Below are positions 35,369 to 44,480 of a stretch of 64,000 nt of DNA, piece by piece. Each line of letters begins with the position of its first letter. The first letter of the stretch is position 1. A model generated the notes under the pieces. That model did no database searches, was not told the origin of the DNA, and worked only from the letters and a program-made list of their open reading frames with translations. A program made the translations under genes and the position numbers. This DNA is from Dehalococcoidales bacterium (GTDB lineage: Bacteria; Chloroflexota; Dehalococcoidia; Dehalococcoidales; RBG-16-60-22), in the NCBI GenBank assembly GCA_034430575.1, contig DAOUDZ010000015.1, forward strand, positions 1,639-65,638, given 5' to 3'.

Positions 35369-35812
35369 TTATCCTGTGGGTCGCATATATATCTGGTATG
35401 TTTGATTCTCGCTTATGTCCCAGCGGCTATCCGGCGCTGCAGTAATATCCATGGTAATAACACGGCCCAGAACCGAGAAGTTGGCGCTGGTGATTTCTCT
35501 GGCTATCAACCGGTTTGAGCCACCGTAGACGCGATATAACTCATCGCCAGTCAAGGTGTAGCTTATCACCGAATCATCGGGAAGAGTCAATGACAGACTG
35601 CTGCCGCCGGCGGCTGACTTAGCCGTCTGCCCGTCAACGCTGACCCAGTGAGCTGCGTTCTGGACGGAGTGCAGTGCCGTCACCTGGTCATTACCTCGTT
35701 CGGGTACGGTTAAAATTTGCTGTACTACCAGAGCCAGGACCGCAGCGATACAGCCGGTGATAGCGATAGCTACCATCAGTTCCACCAGGGTATAACCCCT
35801 CTCTCTTTTCAT
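35369..35812 (-). CDS. Prepilin-type N-terminal cleavage/methylation domain protein (minor pilin)
   Basis: MKRERG|YTLVELMVAIAITG. Confidence 0.8.
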   Translation of the reverse strand: MKRERGYTLVELMVAIAITGCIAAVLALVVQQILTVPERGNDQVTALHSVQNAAHWVSVDGQTAKSAAGGSSLSLTLPDDSVISYTLTGDELYRVYGGSNRLIAREITSANFSVLGRVITMDITAAPDSRWDISENQTYQIYMRPTG

Positions 35813-36207
35813 CGGTCCACCTTGTAATCCTCGACAGTCATGATAACGGCACCGTCTCTGGAAATATTAGCTGTAACCTTCTGAATATTAGTATTTGTAC
35901 TCGGAACGGAGGTAACTCCAACCGATATACTGTATCCATTAGGCACGCTTACTGTCGGGTAGGTTGTAGCGTCAGGGTCATAAGTATAATTTTTAATATA
36001 TTCCATCTGTGTCCGTGCCAGACTTTGAGCGCTAACCTCCTGGTCATTCTCTCTTATCGCAAGTGCCCCACCGGACATGGATAAAACCATGGTAAGTACA
36101 CCGCCACCAAGTATAGCAATGGCTACCACAGACTCTACGAGGGTGATGCCCCTTTCGTCCCAGTCCCACAACATCCTGTTCAGCCACCGGTAAAACCTTT
36201 TTTTCAT
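35809..36207 (-). CDS. Prepilin-type N-terminal cleavage/methylation domain protein (minor pilin)
   Basis: A leader of about 20 aa ending ERG|ITLVESVVAIAILGGG. Confidence 0.75.
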   Translation of the reverse strand: MKKRFYRWLNRMLWDWDERGITLVESVVAIAILGGGVLTMVLSMSGGALAIRENDQEVSAQSLARTQMEYIKNYTYDPDATTYPTVSVPNGYSISVGVTSVPSTNTNIQKVTANISRDGAVIMTVEDYKVDR

Positions 36208-36229
36208 ATCAACACTGACCTGTGAATAG

Positions 36230-37438
36230 TTAGTATGCGGTTTGATATATTGAATATAGCGGCGTAATGATAGCTATACCAATAAGACTGATAATTAACC
36301 CGACAACGATAATAGAGGCAGGTTCAATCATTGATAGGAGCCTCTGGACCCTCTGGTCAAATTTCTTCTCATAAAAGTCCGCCATAGTGGCAAATGATGA
36401 TTGCAGGGTACCTGTTTTTTCGCCAATATAAATCATATCTACCAGCAGTCTGGGAAACATGGCAATTTTCGCCATTGGCTGCGAAAGACCTTTACCCTTA
36501 ATTAAATCCTGCCGGATATCAGCAAGAGCTTGCCTAATAATGCTGCTATCGATAACCCCGATTATAGTATTTATGGTCTGGGGAAGCGTGAGCCCGGCTT
36601 CAAGCAGCATGGCGCTGCTGCGGCAAAAACGGCAAATATTGCGCATAATAACGATGTTTCTAACTACCGGCAGTTTCAGCGCTAATGAGTCCAGGAACTT
36701 TCTAACGGTCGAAGATTTTAAGCAAAACATAATAATAACAACCAGGCCTATTAGACCCGCCGCAAGGTAGAATTTATAGTCTGAAATAAAACTGCTCAAT
36801 GCAATTAATATCCTGGTCGGCAGTGGCAGGCTAGCACCGAGTGAGTTGAAGAGCGTTACCAGCGAGGGCAGGGCTACAGTGGCAAGGATGGAAATGACTA
36901 TGACGGCCATAATGGCCAAAAAGGCAGGATACGATAACATGTGTTTGATATTATGTGACATGCTCGTTTCCTTTTCTATATAGCCGGCTACCAGCCTCAG
37001 ACCCCGCGTTAAATCTCCTGATTTTTCACTTACTCTAATTACCTCGCAGTAGTGAGCCGACACAATACGCGAATACCGCGAAAGTGCTTGTGAGAGAGCA
37101 ATGCCGCCAGAGAGTTCTTGACCCAATTTGTAAATAACATTTCTTAAAGCGGCTTTGGGAGCTTGTTCTGCAAGAAGCCACAGAGCTTGAACAATGGGCA
37201 TGCCGGAATCCATCAATGCGGCCAATTGATTGAATAAATCAACAATGTCTTCCTTTTTAGTGCTATGGAACCGAAGAAATAATAGTTCGAGTGATAATGG
37301 TGAACTTGTTTTTTTTAATGTCAGGACATGGGTGTATCCGGCTTCTAGTAAATATTCTTCAGCCATTTGCTCGCTCGGAACATCAATGGTGCCTTCGACA
37401 ACCTTTTTATCGAAAGTATAGGCTCTATATTGATACAT
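36230..37438 (-). CDS. pilC: Type IV pilus platform protein (GspF/PilC family)
   Basis: 402 aa. Duplicated T2SSF-type architecture with three TM segments. Confidence 0.85.
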   Translation of the reverse strand: MYQYRAYTFDKKVVEGTIDVPSEQMAEEYLLEAGYTHVLTLKKTSSPLSLELLFLRFHSTKKEDIVDLFNQLAALMDSGMPIVQALWLLAEQAPKAALRNVIYKLGQELSGGIALSQALSRYSRIVSAHYCEVIRVSEKSGDLTRGLRLVAGYIEKETSMSHNIKHMLSYPAFLAIMAVIVISILATVALPSLVTLFNSLGASLPLPTRILIALSSFISDYKFYLAAGLIGLVVIIMFCLKSSTVRKFLDSLALKLPVVRNIVIMRNICRFCRSSAMLLEAGLTLPQTINTIIGVIDSSIIRQALADIRQDLIKGKGLSQPMAKIAMFPRLLVDMIYIGEKTGTLQSSFATMADFYEKKFDQRVQRLLSMIEPASIIVVGLIISLIGIAIITPLYSIYQTAY

Positions 37439-37467
37439 TGTAGTTACCTAAAAATCAAAATCTAACA

Positions 37468-39156
37468 CTAACCGAGTGTAAATATACCATTAATCACTTC
37501 ATTGAAAGTCGTGATTCCCTCCGCCGCCTTAATCATACCGTCACGCTTCATTGTAAACATCCCTTCGCGAAGGGCCTCCTCTCTAAGTTCACCAATGCTG
37601 GCATTACTAATAATAAGTTTCTGTATTTCCTCGCTGATAACAAGCAATTCAAAGATACCTGTTCTACCCTGGTAACCGGTATTGGCACAGAGATGACAGC
37701 CGGTGCCTGTATAAACGGCGGGTAACTCCTGCAGCATTTCTCTGGCGTAGATTTCTTGCTCAAGTTTCGAGGGTGCTGAAACGGTGCGACAATTGGTACA
37801 GATGCGCCGAACCATGCGCTGGGCTACCAGAGCGATGAGTGTTGACGAGACCAGGGCAGGTTCGACGCCAAGGTCTGTCAGACGCGATAACATACTCACG
37901 GCATCATTGGCATGAATGGAAGAGAAAACCAGATGTCCCGTCAGGGCTGCCTGCACTGCCGTTACGGCTGTTTCTTTATCCCGTATTTCTCCTACGAGAA
38001 CAACATCAGGGTCCTGCCGCAGCATTGCCCGTAATCCGCCGGCGAAGGTCACCCCGGCCTTGGGGTCTACCTGGCTCTGACTGATATCCTCAAACTGGTA
38101 CTCAACAGGGTCCTCAATCGTCATAATGTTATATTTACTACGGTCTATTTCATTGATGGACGTATAGAGGGTAGTTGTCTTTCCAGAGCCGGTGGGGCCA
38201 CCTACCAGAACCATGCCGAAGGGGTAATGCAGGAGCGCTTTATATCTCTTAAGGGTCTCCGGTAAAAAACCCAGTTCTGGTAAAGTGAAAAGGGATAATG
38301 ACTTATCTAGAAGGCGCAGGGTTATCCGCTCACCATAGACTGTATTCGTTGTAGCTACACGAATATCGATATTGTGGTCACCGACGTTTACGGAAAATTG
38401 GCTATCTTGAGGCTGTTTAGAACGGGTAACATCCATTTCAGCAAGTATCTTAATTCTGGACGCCAGTTCGGCGTGGACGCTGATGGGCAGCGAATTCATG
38501 TCATGTAATATCCCATCAATACGATAACGTATACGCAGCCTGTTTTCCTGCGGCTCCAGGTGAATGTCCGAAGCCCGGTCTCTCACAGCTTGTTCAATGA
38601 TAAGGTCCAGGCTTTCCGTGATGGGAGTCTCAACAATAAAACCAGAACGGGCCTTCTGGTCTCCGAATGCCGTGAGTTCAAATTCACTTGCCTTTTCCTG
38701 GATTTCTTCATTAGCCCGATAATAAATATCTATGGCGCGCCTGATATCAGAGGCATTTGCATACACCACTTCGATTTTCATATTGGTTTTAGTAAAAATA
38801 TCGCTTATAGCAATGTAATCATCAGGGTCAGCCATTACCACCACAAGCGATTCTCCCATGATATTCAGGGGAATGAGAGTATTCTTCCTCGCCAGTTCCT
38901 CCGGTATTAGTTTCAATGCCTCCGGCTGTACAATATGAGTTTTCAGGTCGATAAGTGGTACATTTAATATGATGCTAAGGAAGGAAGCCAGTTCCTCCGC
39001 ATTAATAACTCCCTGACTTACCAGAATCTCGCTAAGTTTGCCCCCTCTTTCACGCTGCAATTCCAGGGCGTGATGCAATTGCTCAGCCGTGATGATTTGC
39101 GCTTGAACCAGTGATTCGCCGAGCTTGGCTCTTTTTCGGCTATTAGCAACAATCAT
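37468..39156 (-). CDS. pilB: Type IV pilus assembly ATPase (GspE/PilB family)
   Basis: T2SSE_N domain at the N-terminus, Walker A GPTGSGKTTT, Asp and His boxes, and the tetra-Cys motif (C..C...C..C). Confidence 0.9.
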   Translation of the reverse strand: MIVANSRKRAKLGESLVQAQIITAEQLHHALELQRERGGKLSEILVSQGVINAEELASFLSIILNVPLIDLKTHIVQPEALKLIPEELARKNTLIPLNIMGESLVVVMADPDDYIAISDIFTKTNMKIEVVYANASDIRRAIDIYYRANEEIQEKASEFELTAFGDQKARSGFIVETPITESLDLIIEQAVRDRASDIHLEPQENRLRIRYRIDGILHDMNSLPISVHAELASRIKILAEMDVTRSKQPQDSQFSVNVGDHNIDIRVATTNTVYGERITLRLLDKSLSLFTLPELGFLPETLKRYKALLHYPFGMVLVGGPTGSGKTTTLYTSINEIDRSKYNIMTIEDPVEYQFEDISQSQVDPKAGVTFAGGLRAMLRQDPDVVLVGEIRDKETAVTAVQAALTGHLVFSSIHANDAVSMLSRLTDLGVEPALVSSTLIALVAQRMVRRICTNCRTVSAPSKLEQEIYAREMLQELPAVYTGTGCHLCANTGYQGRTGIFELLVISEEIQKLIISNASIGELREEALREGMFTMKRDGMIKAAEGITTFNEVINGIFTLG

Positions 39157-40325
39157 TCACTCGTCTCCAAAGAAGGCAATTTTCTCTTGGATTGCCGGGG
39201 CTGTTGTTTGGTATAACTATAAGCTGTGATATATTGAGCAATTTGCTTTATATCTTGGGCAAGTTTACAGTCTGGATTGGCCTGGATTATTGGCGGATTG
39301 TCTAGATAAGATAGCTGATGCATCTTGGCATCATAAGAGATTGCACCTGCCAGGGTAATACCCAGATTAACCTCCATATATGGTTTCACATTGCCCAATG
39401 ATACACTGGGGAATTTACCTTCCAGGTCAACCAGCAACATGGCAATCTTTTCAGGAGTAATACCCAGAAAAAGGAGCAACGTAACCGTATTTTTTGTTTT
39501 CGCTATATCGCTAATCTTATAGTCACTTAAAACAACGACAAGATCGCAATTTGTTAGGATTGTCCTACTAAAAGGGGTAGATTTTAAGGTCAGGTCTACC
39601 AGGAGATAATCATTGACTTTGCCTATATTCTGCAACAGGCTAATGCTATGTTCGGATGTGTCGCCCTCATGCTTTGAGGCATCATCAACATGCAATATGC
39701 GTACACCTGAAGGCAGCACTTCAATAGCCGGTTCTGTTTTTGTATTACTGGTAGAAACCGTCTCCAGTATCACGCGACCGGGACTTTGAGAAAATATTGT
39801 GTCCTGGCTGCTATCTCTTTGATTAGTTGCCATATCAACCAGAGTGACCTGCTTGCCCTGTTCTAAGAAAACTGCAGCTACATTGGCCAGTATCATCGTC
39901 GTTCCCAGACTCTCGTCTGGTCTGATAAAAACGATGGTCTTTGCCTTGCCAGCGGCTTTCTTGGAAACAAGGCTTTCTACCTTGCTGACAATTTCAGAGG
40001 GAGCTGCCGGTTTGGGTAAGTAATCGTCCGCCCCCGCTCGGAATCCGGCGGCAATGTCTTCTTGTTGAGTCTTGCCGGATATTATCAGAATCGGTATTTG
40101 AGATGTCTGGGTTCCAGCGCGTAAACGCTTACACACTTCGAAGCCGTCAATTCCAGGCAACATTATATCAAGAATAATAAGGTCAGGTTCCTCCTTCTGG
40201 GCTGTGATTATACCTTCAAGCCCGTTACAGGTCGCCAGAACCTGATATCCACGTTGTTTCAGAGTGAATTCAGTTAGCCGCATTGCGGTCGGGTCATTCT
40301 CTATAATGAGTATTTTTTTATTCAT
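39153..40325 (-). CDS. Response-regulator receiver fused to a MinD/ParA-like (CpaE/TadZ-like) domain with a degenerate Walker A
   Basis: REC domain (ILIIENDP, DLIILDIMLPGIDG, ISGK). The ParA-like part has IRPDESLGTT where KGGxGKTT is expected, plus a Walker B-like DYLLVDL. Confidence 0.7.
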   Translation of the reverse strand: MNKKILIIENDPTAMRLTEFTLKQRGYQVLATCNGLEGIITAQKEEPDLIILDIMLPGIDGFEVCKRLRAGTQTSQIPILIISGKTQQEDIAAGFRAGADDYLPKPAAPSEIVSKVESLVSKKAAGKAKTIVFIRPDESLGTTMILANVAAVFLEQGKQVTLVDMATNQRDSSQDTIFSQSPGRVILETVSTSNTKTEPAIEVLPSGVRILHVDDASKHEGDTSEHSISLLQNIGKVNDYLLVDLTLKSTPFSRTILTNCDLVVVLSDYKISDIAKTKNTVTLLLFLGITPEKIAMLLVDLEGKFPSVSLGNVKPYMEVNLGITLAGAISYDAKMHQLSYLDNPPIIQANPDCKLAQDIKQIAQYITAYSYTKQQPRQSKRKLPSLETSE

Positions 40326-40351
40326 AAAAATACCTTATTGTATTCCTGTGT

Positions 40352-42304
40352 TTATTTTGAGCGTACTGGAGCCAAAGGTAATGTGATACTAAATGTGCTA
40401 CCCTCTCCTTCCACGCTTTCTACCCGGATACGTCCGCTATGTGCTTCAATAACCTGCTGGCAGATATGAAGGACAGGGTCTTGCCCCGGGATTTCACCCT
40501 GGTTCTTTACCTGTATAAGCAACTCGTTGTCCCGGGCTTCAGCACTGATTTCAATAGTGCCGTTATCGTGGCTGAACTTAATGGCATGCGTCAGGAGGTT
40601 AATAATTACCTGCTTTATAAGAGATTCGTCGGCTTCAATCTCTGGCAATAAGGGGCTAATGTTACAGTTGATTAGATTTTTTTTTTGCGAAGCCATCCCC
40701 TGCACGCTGCTGACAGCTTCGGTAATCAGCTTGTGTGAGGAAACCGGCTCCTTATTGATACTAAATGTTTCGGTATTATGACTCAAATTACCTGACAAGT
40801 TTTCAAGTAACTGGCTAAGATTGTCGCTCTGTTGAACCATAATGGAGAGAAATTCTTTTTGGGTCACACCGTCAGATACATTATCCTCAAGCATTAATTT
40901 GGCGAAACCAGAGATAGAATGCAGGGGAGCACGCATCTCGTGTAATACGGCGGCTATATTATATGAATTATCTTTATCGAATTGACATGAAGAGCCATTG
41001 GCTTTTATACTCGCTTTCAATGACTCGTCAAACAGAGATGCTGGGTTGTTGCTGGCTTCTGCGATTTCTTGCCTTGTTTGACTAATTTCATTTTGAGTGT
41101 GTCTAATCTTATCTTGTGTAGCCTGTCTCATAGCTTTGGAGGTCATAAATGCATTTTCTTCGACCTCTGCTTTCACTTTCTGGCTTTCCAGCTGTGCCTT
41201 GCTGACGGCTTCAATCGCGGCCTGTTTGGTTATCTCCGCCTCTTCCCTTGCTTTTCGGCTTTCCTCACGAGCCTGGCGGATAGCTTCTTCGCTAGCCTTT
41301 TTAACAATTTCCGCTTCTTCCCTCGCCTGCTGACTTTCTCCCCTGGCTTTAGCGATGGCTTCAAGTGCCATCTTTTTAGCCGCCTCAACCTCTTCCTTCG
41401 CTTTATTTATCTCTTCAAAAGCACGGGCCAGGGCTTGCTGTTCGGCCAAGGTACTGGTTTCTTCTGCCCTTTCTATCGCCTCTTCAGCCTCTTTTTTTGT
41501 CTTTTGGATTTCAGGCTGGGCTCGGCTGATGGCTTCCTGTTGAGCCACCATGGCTTCGTCTCTCGCCCTGCTACCCTCCTCCTCCGCTTGCCGAATAGCC
41601 GCTCCAGCCTCCTCTCTTGTTTTTTGTAGTTCTTCCCTGGCTTCTCTAATCTCCTCCTGGACTTGCCTGACAGCCAGTTTAGACGCTATTCGGTCTGATT
41701 TGGCTGCTTGTATGGCTGTTTCCACCTTCTTTTGAGCCCTGTCTTCGGTTAAGTCCTCAATAAGTTGGCGAAGCTGCGGGCTTTGCCGCATTACGACATT
41801 GAAAAACTCCTCCCTTGTTTCTGGGTCAATCACCTTATTACCGAATAGTGATTTAGCCACTTCAGAAACGCCATGGAATGGGCTATACTTGTTATTCAGT
41901 ATTTTTTTCACCAGCCCTGAACCTGCCGGCTTACCATGATATGATGACACCCGGTGCTGCCCGCTCTCTTGGCTGGCCTGGGCATCATTCTCGTTAATTA
42001 CTGTTTTGCCTGAGTTACTAATGATGCCCACGGCGCACTGTATAGCCTTATCGAAAGCCGTCGCCAATGCCTCCGCCTTCTTTCGCAAAGCCTGGCTCGC
42101 CCGGTGGGTCCGACTGATGGCATCCCTGGCAACCTCTTTGGCGAACTTGGCCCTCCTTTGGGCTTTTAGGAACTCCTGCGAATAGCTTATACCCGGGTCG
42201 GCATCGCAGGTTTGAGGGCTCTCAGGCGTCACGGCAATTGGCGTACTTAACCTCTCGTTACGTTTATCGCAACGCGTGTTTCCAGTTGCAGACCGAACAG
42301 TCAT
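40352..42304 (-). CDS. Soluble coiled-coil histidine-kinase-like protein with intact H-box but degenerate ATP-binding domain
   Basis: H-box HEMRAPLHSISGF. The N-box reads NLLTHAIKF (His where Asn is expected). G1 reads KNQGEIPG. The F/G2 region is missing. A Glu/Ala/Arg-rich coiled coil of about 200 aa is present, and there is no TM segment. Confidence 0.7.
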   Translation of the reverse strand: MTVRSATGNTRCDKRNERLSTPIAVTPESPQTCDADPGISYSQEFLKAQRRAKFAKEVARDAISRTHRASQALRKKAEALATAFDKAIQCAVGIISNSGKTVINENDAQASQESGQHRVSSYHGKPAGSGLVKKILNNKYSPFHGVSEVAKSLFGNKVIDPETREEFFNVVMRQSPQLRQLIEDLTEDRAQKKVETAIQAAKSDRIASKLAVRQVQEEIREAREELQKTREEAGAAIRQAEEEGSRARDEAMVAQQEAISRAQPEIQKTKKEAEEAIERAEETSTLAEQQALARAFEEINKAKEEVEAAKKMALEAIAKARGESQQAREEAEIVKKASEEAIRQAREESRKAREEAEITKQAAIEAVSKAQLESQKVKAEVEENAFMTSKAMRQATQDKIRHTQNEISQTRQEIAEASNNPASLFDESLKASIKANGSSCQFDKDNSYNIAAVLHEMRAPLHSISGFAKLMLEDNVSDGVTQKEFLSIMVQQSDNLSQLLENLSGNLSHNTETFSINKEPVSSHKLITEAVSSVQGMASQKKNLINCNISPLLPEIEADESLIKQVIINLLTHAIKFSHDNGTIEISAEARDNELLIQVKNQGEIPGQDPVLHICQQVIEAHSGRIRVESVEGEGSTFSITLPLAPVRSK

Positions 42305-42366
42305 TGGTCACCTGCTTATACCGTAAATTCGGTAACGTTATCTATTGTTTCTATACTATTTGTATA

Positions 42367-42738
42367 TTATTCGTAGCCGTCCGTTATCTGCTCGACCAGG
42401 CCGGTGGTGTCGCACTCGTACGTTCCCTTAGTCGTCGAGTCTCTCAAGTAGCTAGGGTAAAGAGGGTGAGTGCCGTCAGGAAATCCCGACATGTTAGCTG
42501 TCGCAGTTTCAACTTCAGTTACTGAACTCTGACTTTCCCTGGCCATCATGCTGTCCATCGCTGTCTGCAACACCGATAATTCAGTCTCTCCTCCCTGTGT
42601 TTGCCCGTAACCAATAAGCCCGGCGACATTGGGTATCATGATTGCCGCCAGAACCCCCAGCAAGGTAAACACAATGAGCAATTCAACCAGAGTAAAACCC
42701 CTCTCACCTCCGCGGATTTCCCCAGTAATCCTTTTCAT
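42367..42738 (-). CDS. pilA: Type IV major pilin (prepilin-type N-terminal cleavage/methylation domain)
   Basis: Leader ending GERG|FTLVELLIVFTLLGVLAAIMIPN. 123 aa. Confidence 0.85.
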   Translation of the reverse strand: MKRITGEIRGGERGFTLVELLIVFTLLGVLAAIMIPNVAGLIGYGQTQGGETELSVLQTAMDSMMARESQSSVTEVETATANMSGFPDGTHPLYPSYLRDSTTKGTYECDTTGLVEQITDGYE

Positions 42739-42809
42739 TATTTTGTCTCCTTTTTTAGTTTGAAGATATTCTATTAAATCAACTTGAGATAATGGCCATC
42801 CTATGTAGT

Positions 42810-43016
42810 CTATGCTTCACAAATTCGGTTAGCCTCTGATGCTAATTTATTCACATCCTCTTCAGTAAATAGCCGCCAACTTCTTCTATCACGATAATCC
42901 GGTATGTCAAGGTTTTCCTCTTTTAACCAGCGTAGTAAGGTGCTTCTGCTGATGCGGGCTATTTGACATACTTCCGAGGTTCTATAAAATGTTTTATCAT
43001 CTATATTTACTGGCAT
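42810..43016 (-). CDS. Stand-alone MerR/excisionase-type helix-turn-helix protein
   Basis: 68 aa. YRTSEVCQIARISRSTLLRWLKE...RSWRLFTEEDVNKL. Confidence 0.65.
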   Translation of the reverse strand: MPVNIDDKTFYRTSEVCQIARISRSTLLRWLKEENLDIPDYRDRRSWRLFTEEDVNKLASEANRICEA

Positions 43017-43438
43017 TGTAATACTCCCTGAGATGTCATAAATGGTTCAAATGCTATAGCTTGAAACATCATAATATAGGTTAATTCATATATAATGATA
43101 CGTGTTTGGCCAGGAAGCGAACAGGAAGATTCCCCCGATTTTCACTAGGGAAAACACCTATATTGAGTGGGTTCTGGCTCCTAGACCAGGTTTTCCGGCA
43201 ATATCATCTAAATCTTATCTAACAAAATGACAATCTGTTACACATCTGAATGTTTAGCTGGGGGGTAAACGTCTGTTTCTGTCACGCTTATAGCTTTCTC
43301 CGGATGCCCATCAAGCATGGAGTGCCCACAGGATTTCTGTTTGTTTGATTATCTTCAAAATAACTGGGTTTTTCTGCTTTTTGGTGAATTTCCCCATCTC
43401 AATTAAGTGATTATACGCAAGACACCGCTGGGTATCCT

Positions 43439-44341
43439 ATGAATATACTGGAAGAAAATAGCGTATTGTACTGGTCGACCAAGATGCCTGAAGAATTTCA
43501 TGGTAAAAAGCCTCCAGACGAGAAAATGATTGTTCCGCTAGATGGCTCAAAATTAGCTGAAATCGCACTACCATATGCGGAAGAACTAGGTGCAAGGACA
43601 GGTATCAATATTACTTTGCTGTCGGTCCTTGAATTCGCTGACAATGAGTATATAGCCTACCTGCAGAAAATAATGGATATCACCAGGCACCATGCCAAAA
43701 AATACTCGGTGATACCTGGAAGTAAAGAAGTTGAGGTTTACGCAACAACTCACGTTGGCTATCCGGCTGAAGCAATCGTAGATTTTGCTTGTAAATGGGA
43801 CCACAAACTGATTGTCATGGCTACTCACGGTCGGTCTGGTATTGGACGTTGGGCAGTGGGGAGTGTCGCCGATAAGGTAGTGAGGGCTACTATAAATTTG
43901 CCAGTTATGCTTATTAGAGGTAAGAAGTCCCGTCCAGATGTGCGCCAGAAGCGCCTTCTTAGGAAGGCCATTGTGCCACTTGACGGCTCAATATCGAGCC
44001 AAGCCGTGATTCCCTATATTAGCCAACTTGCCTTAAAGCTCGAAATGGAACTGACCATTTTACAGGTCGTGCAACAGACCAATAACCATAAGGCGGACGC
44101 TGAATCTTACCTGCAGACCCAGTGTGCCGAACTGGAAAAGCAAGGTATAGCTGCTAATTACAAGGTGCGGGTTGGCTCTCCGGCAGACGAGATTATTGAC
44201 TTTGCCGATGAGCTGGCAGTTGACTTGGTAGCTATGTCCACTCGTGGGAAGAATGGCATCGCGCCTTGGACTCTAGGGAGCGTCGCTCAAAAGGTTTTGC
44301 TAGGGGGAAGTACACCCCTGCTACTAGTGAGACACAAGTAA
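43439..44341 (+). CDS. Universal stress protein, tandem UspA domains
   Basis: Two copies of the pattern (I/V)VPLDGS...ATHGRSG.....GSVA.KV. The true start may be the internal ATG before MIVPLDGS. Confidence 0.8.
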   Translation: MNILEENSVLYWSTKMPEEFHGKKPPDEKMIVPLDGSKLAEIALPYAEELGARTGINITLLSVLEFADNEYIAYLQKIMDITRHHAKKYSVIPGSKEVEVYATTHVGYPAEAIVDFACKWDHKLIVMATHGRSGIGRWAVGSVADKVVRATINLPVMLIRGKKSRPDVRQKRLLRKAIVPLDGSISSQAVIPYISQLALKLEMELTILQVVQQTNNHKADAESYLQTQCAELEKQGIAANYKVRVGSPADEIIDFADELAVDLVAMSTRGKNGIAPWTLGSVAQKVLLGGSTPLLLVRHK

Positions 44342-44480
44342 CAACTGAAGATGTCGTGACTGTAGTAAGTCAAACTACCACCGGACACCACATGAAAATC
44401 ATATCACTTTTATTTTTATTCTTCCGGGGGTTGAAAGCGCCAAAAACACCGGGACACCTTTATACTCTATGAGTAATACA

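Noticed and set aside
40900-41750. Apparent DNA periodicity inside the kinase-like gene, considered as a tandem or CRISPR-like repeat.
   Set aside because: The repetition is at the level of Glu/Ala/Arg/Lys codons of a coiled coil (REEAE and KEEAE heptad-like units). There is no fixed-length repeat or spacer structure.
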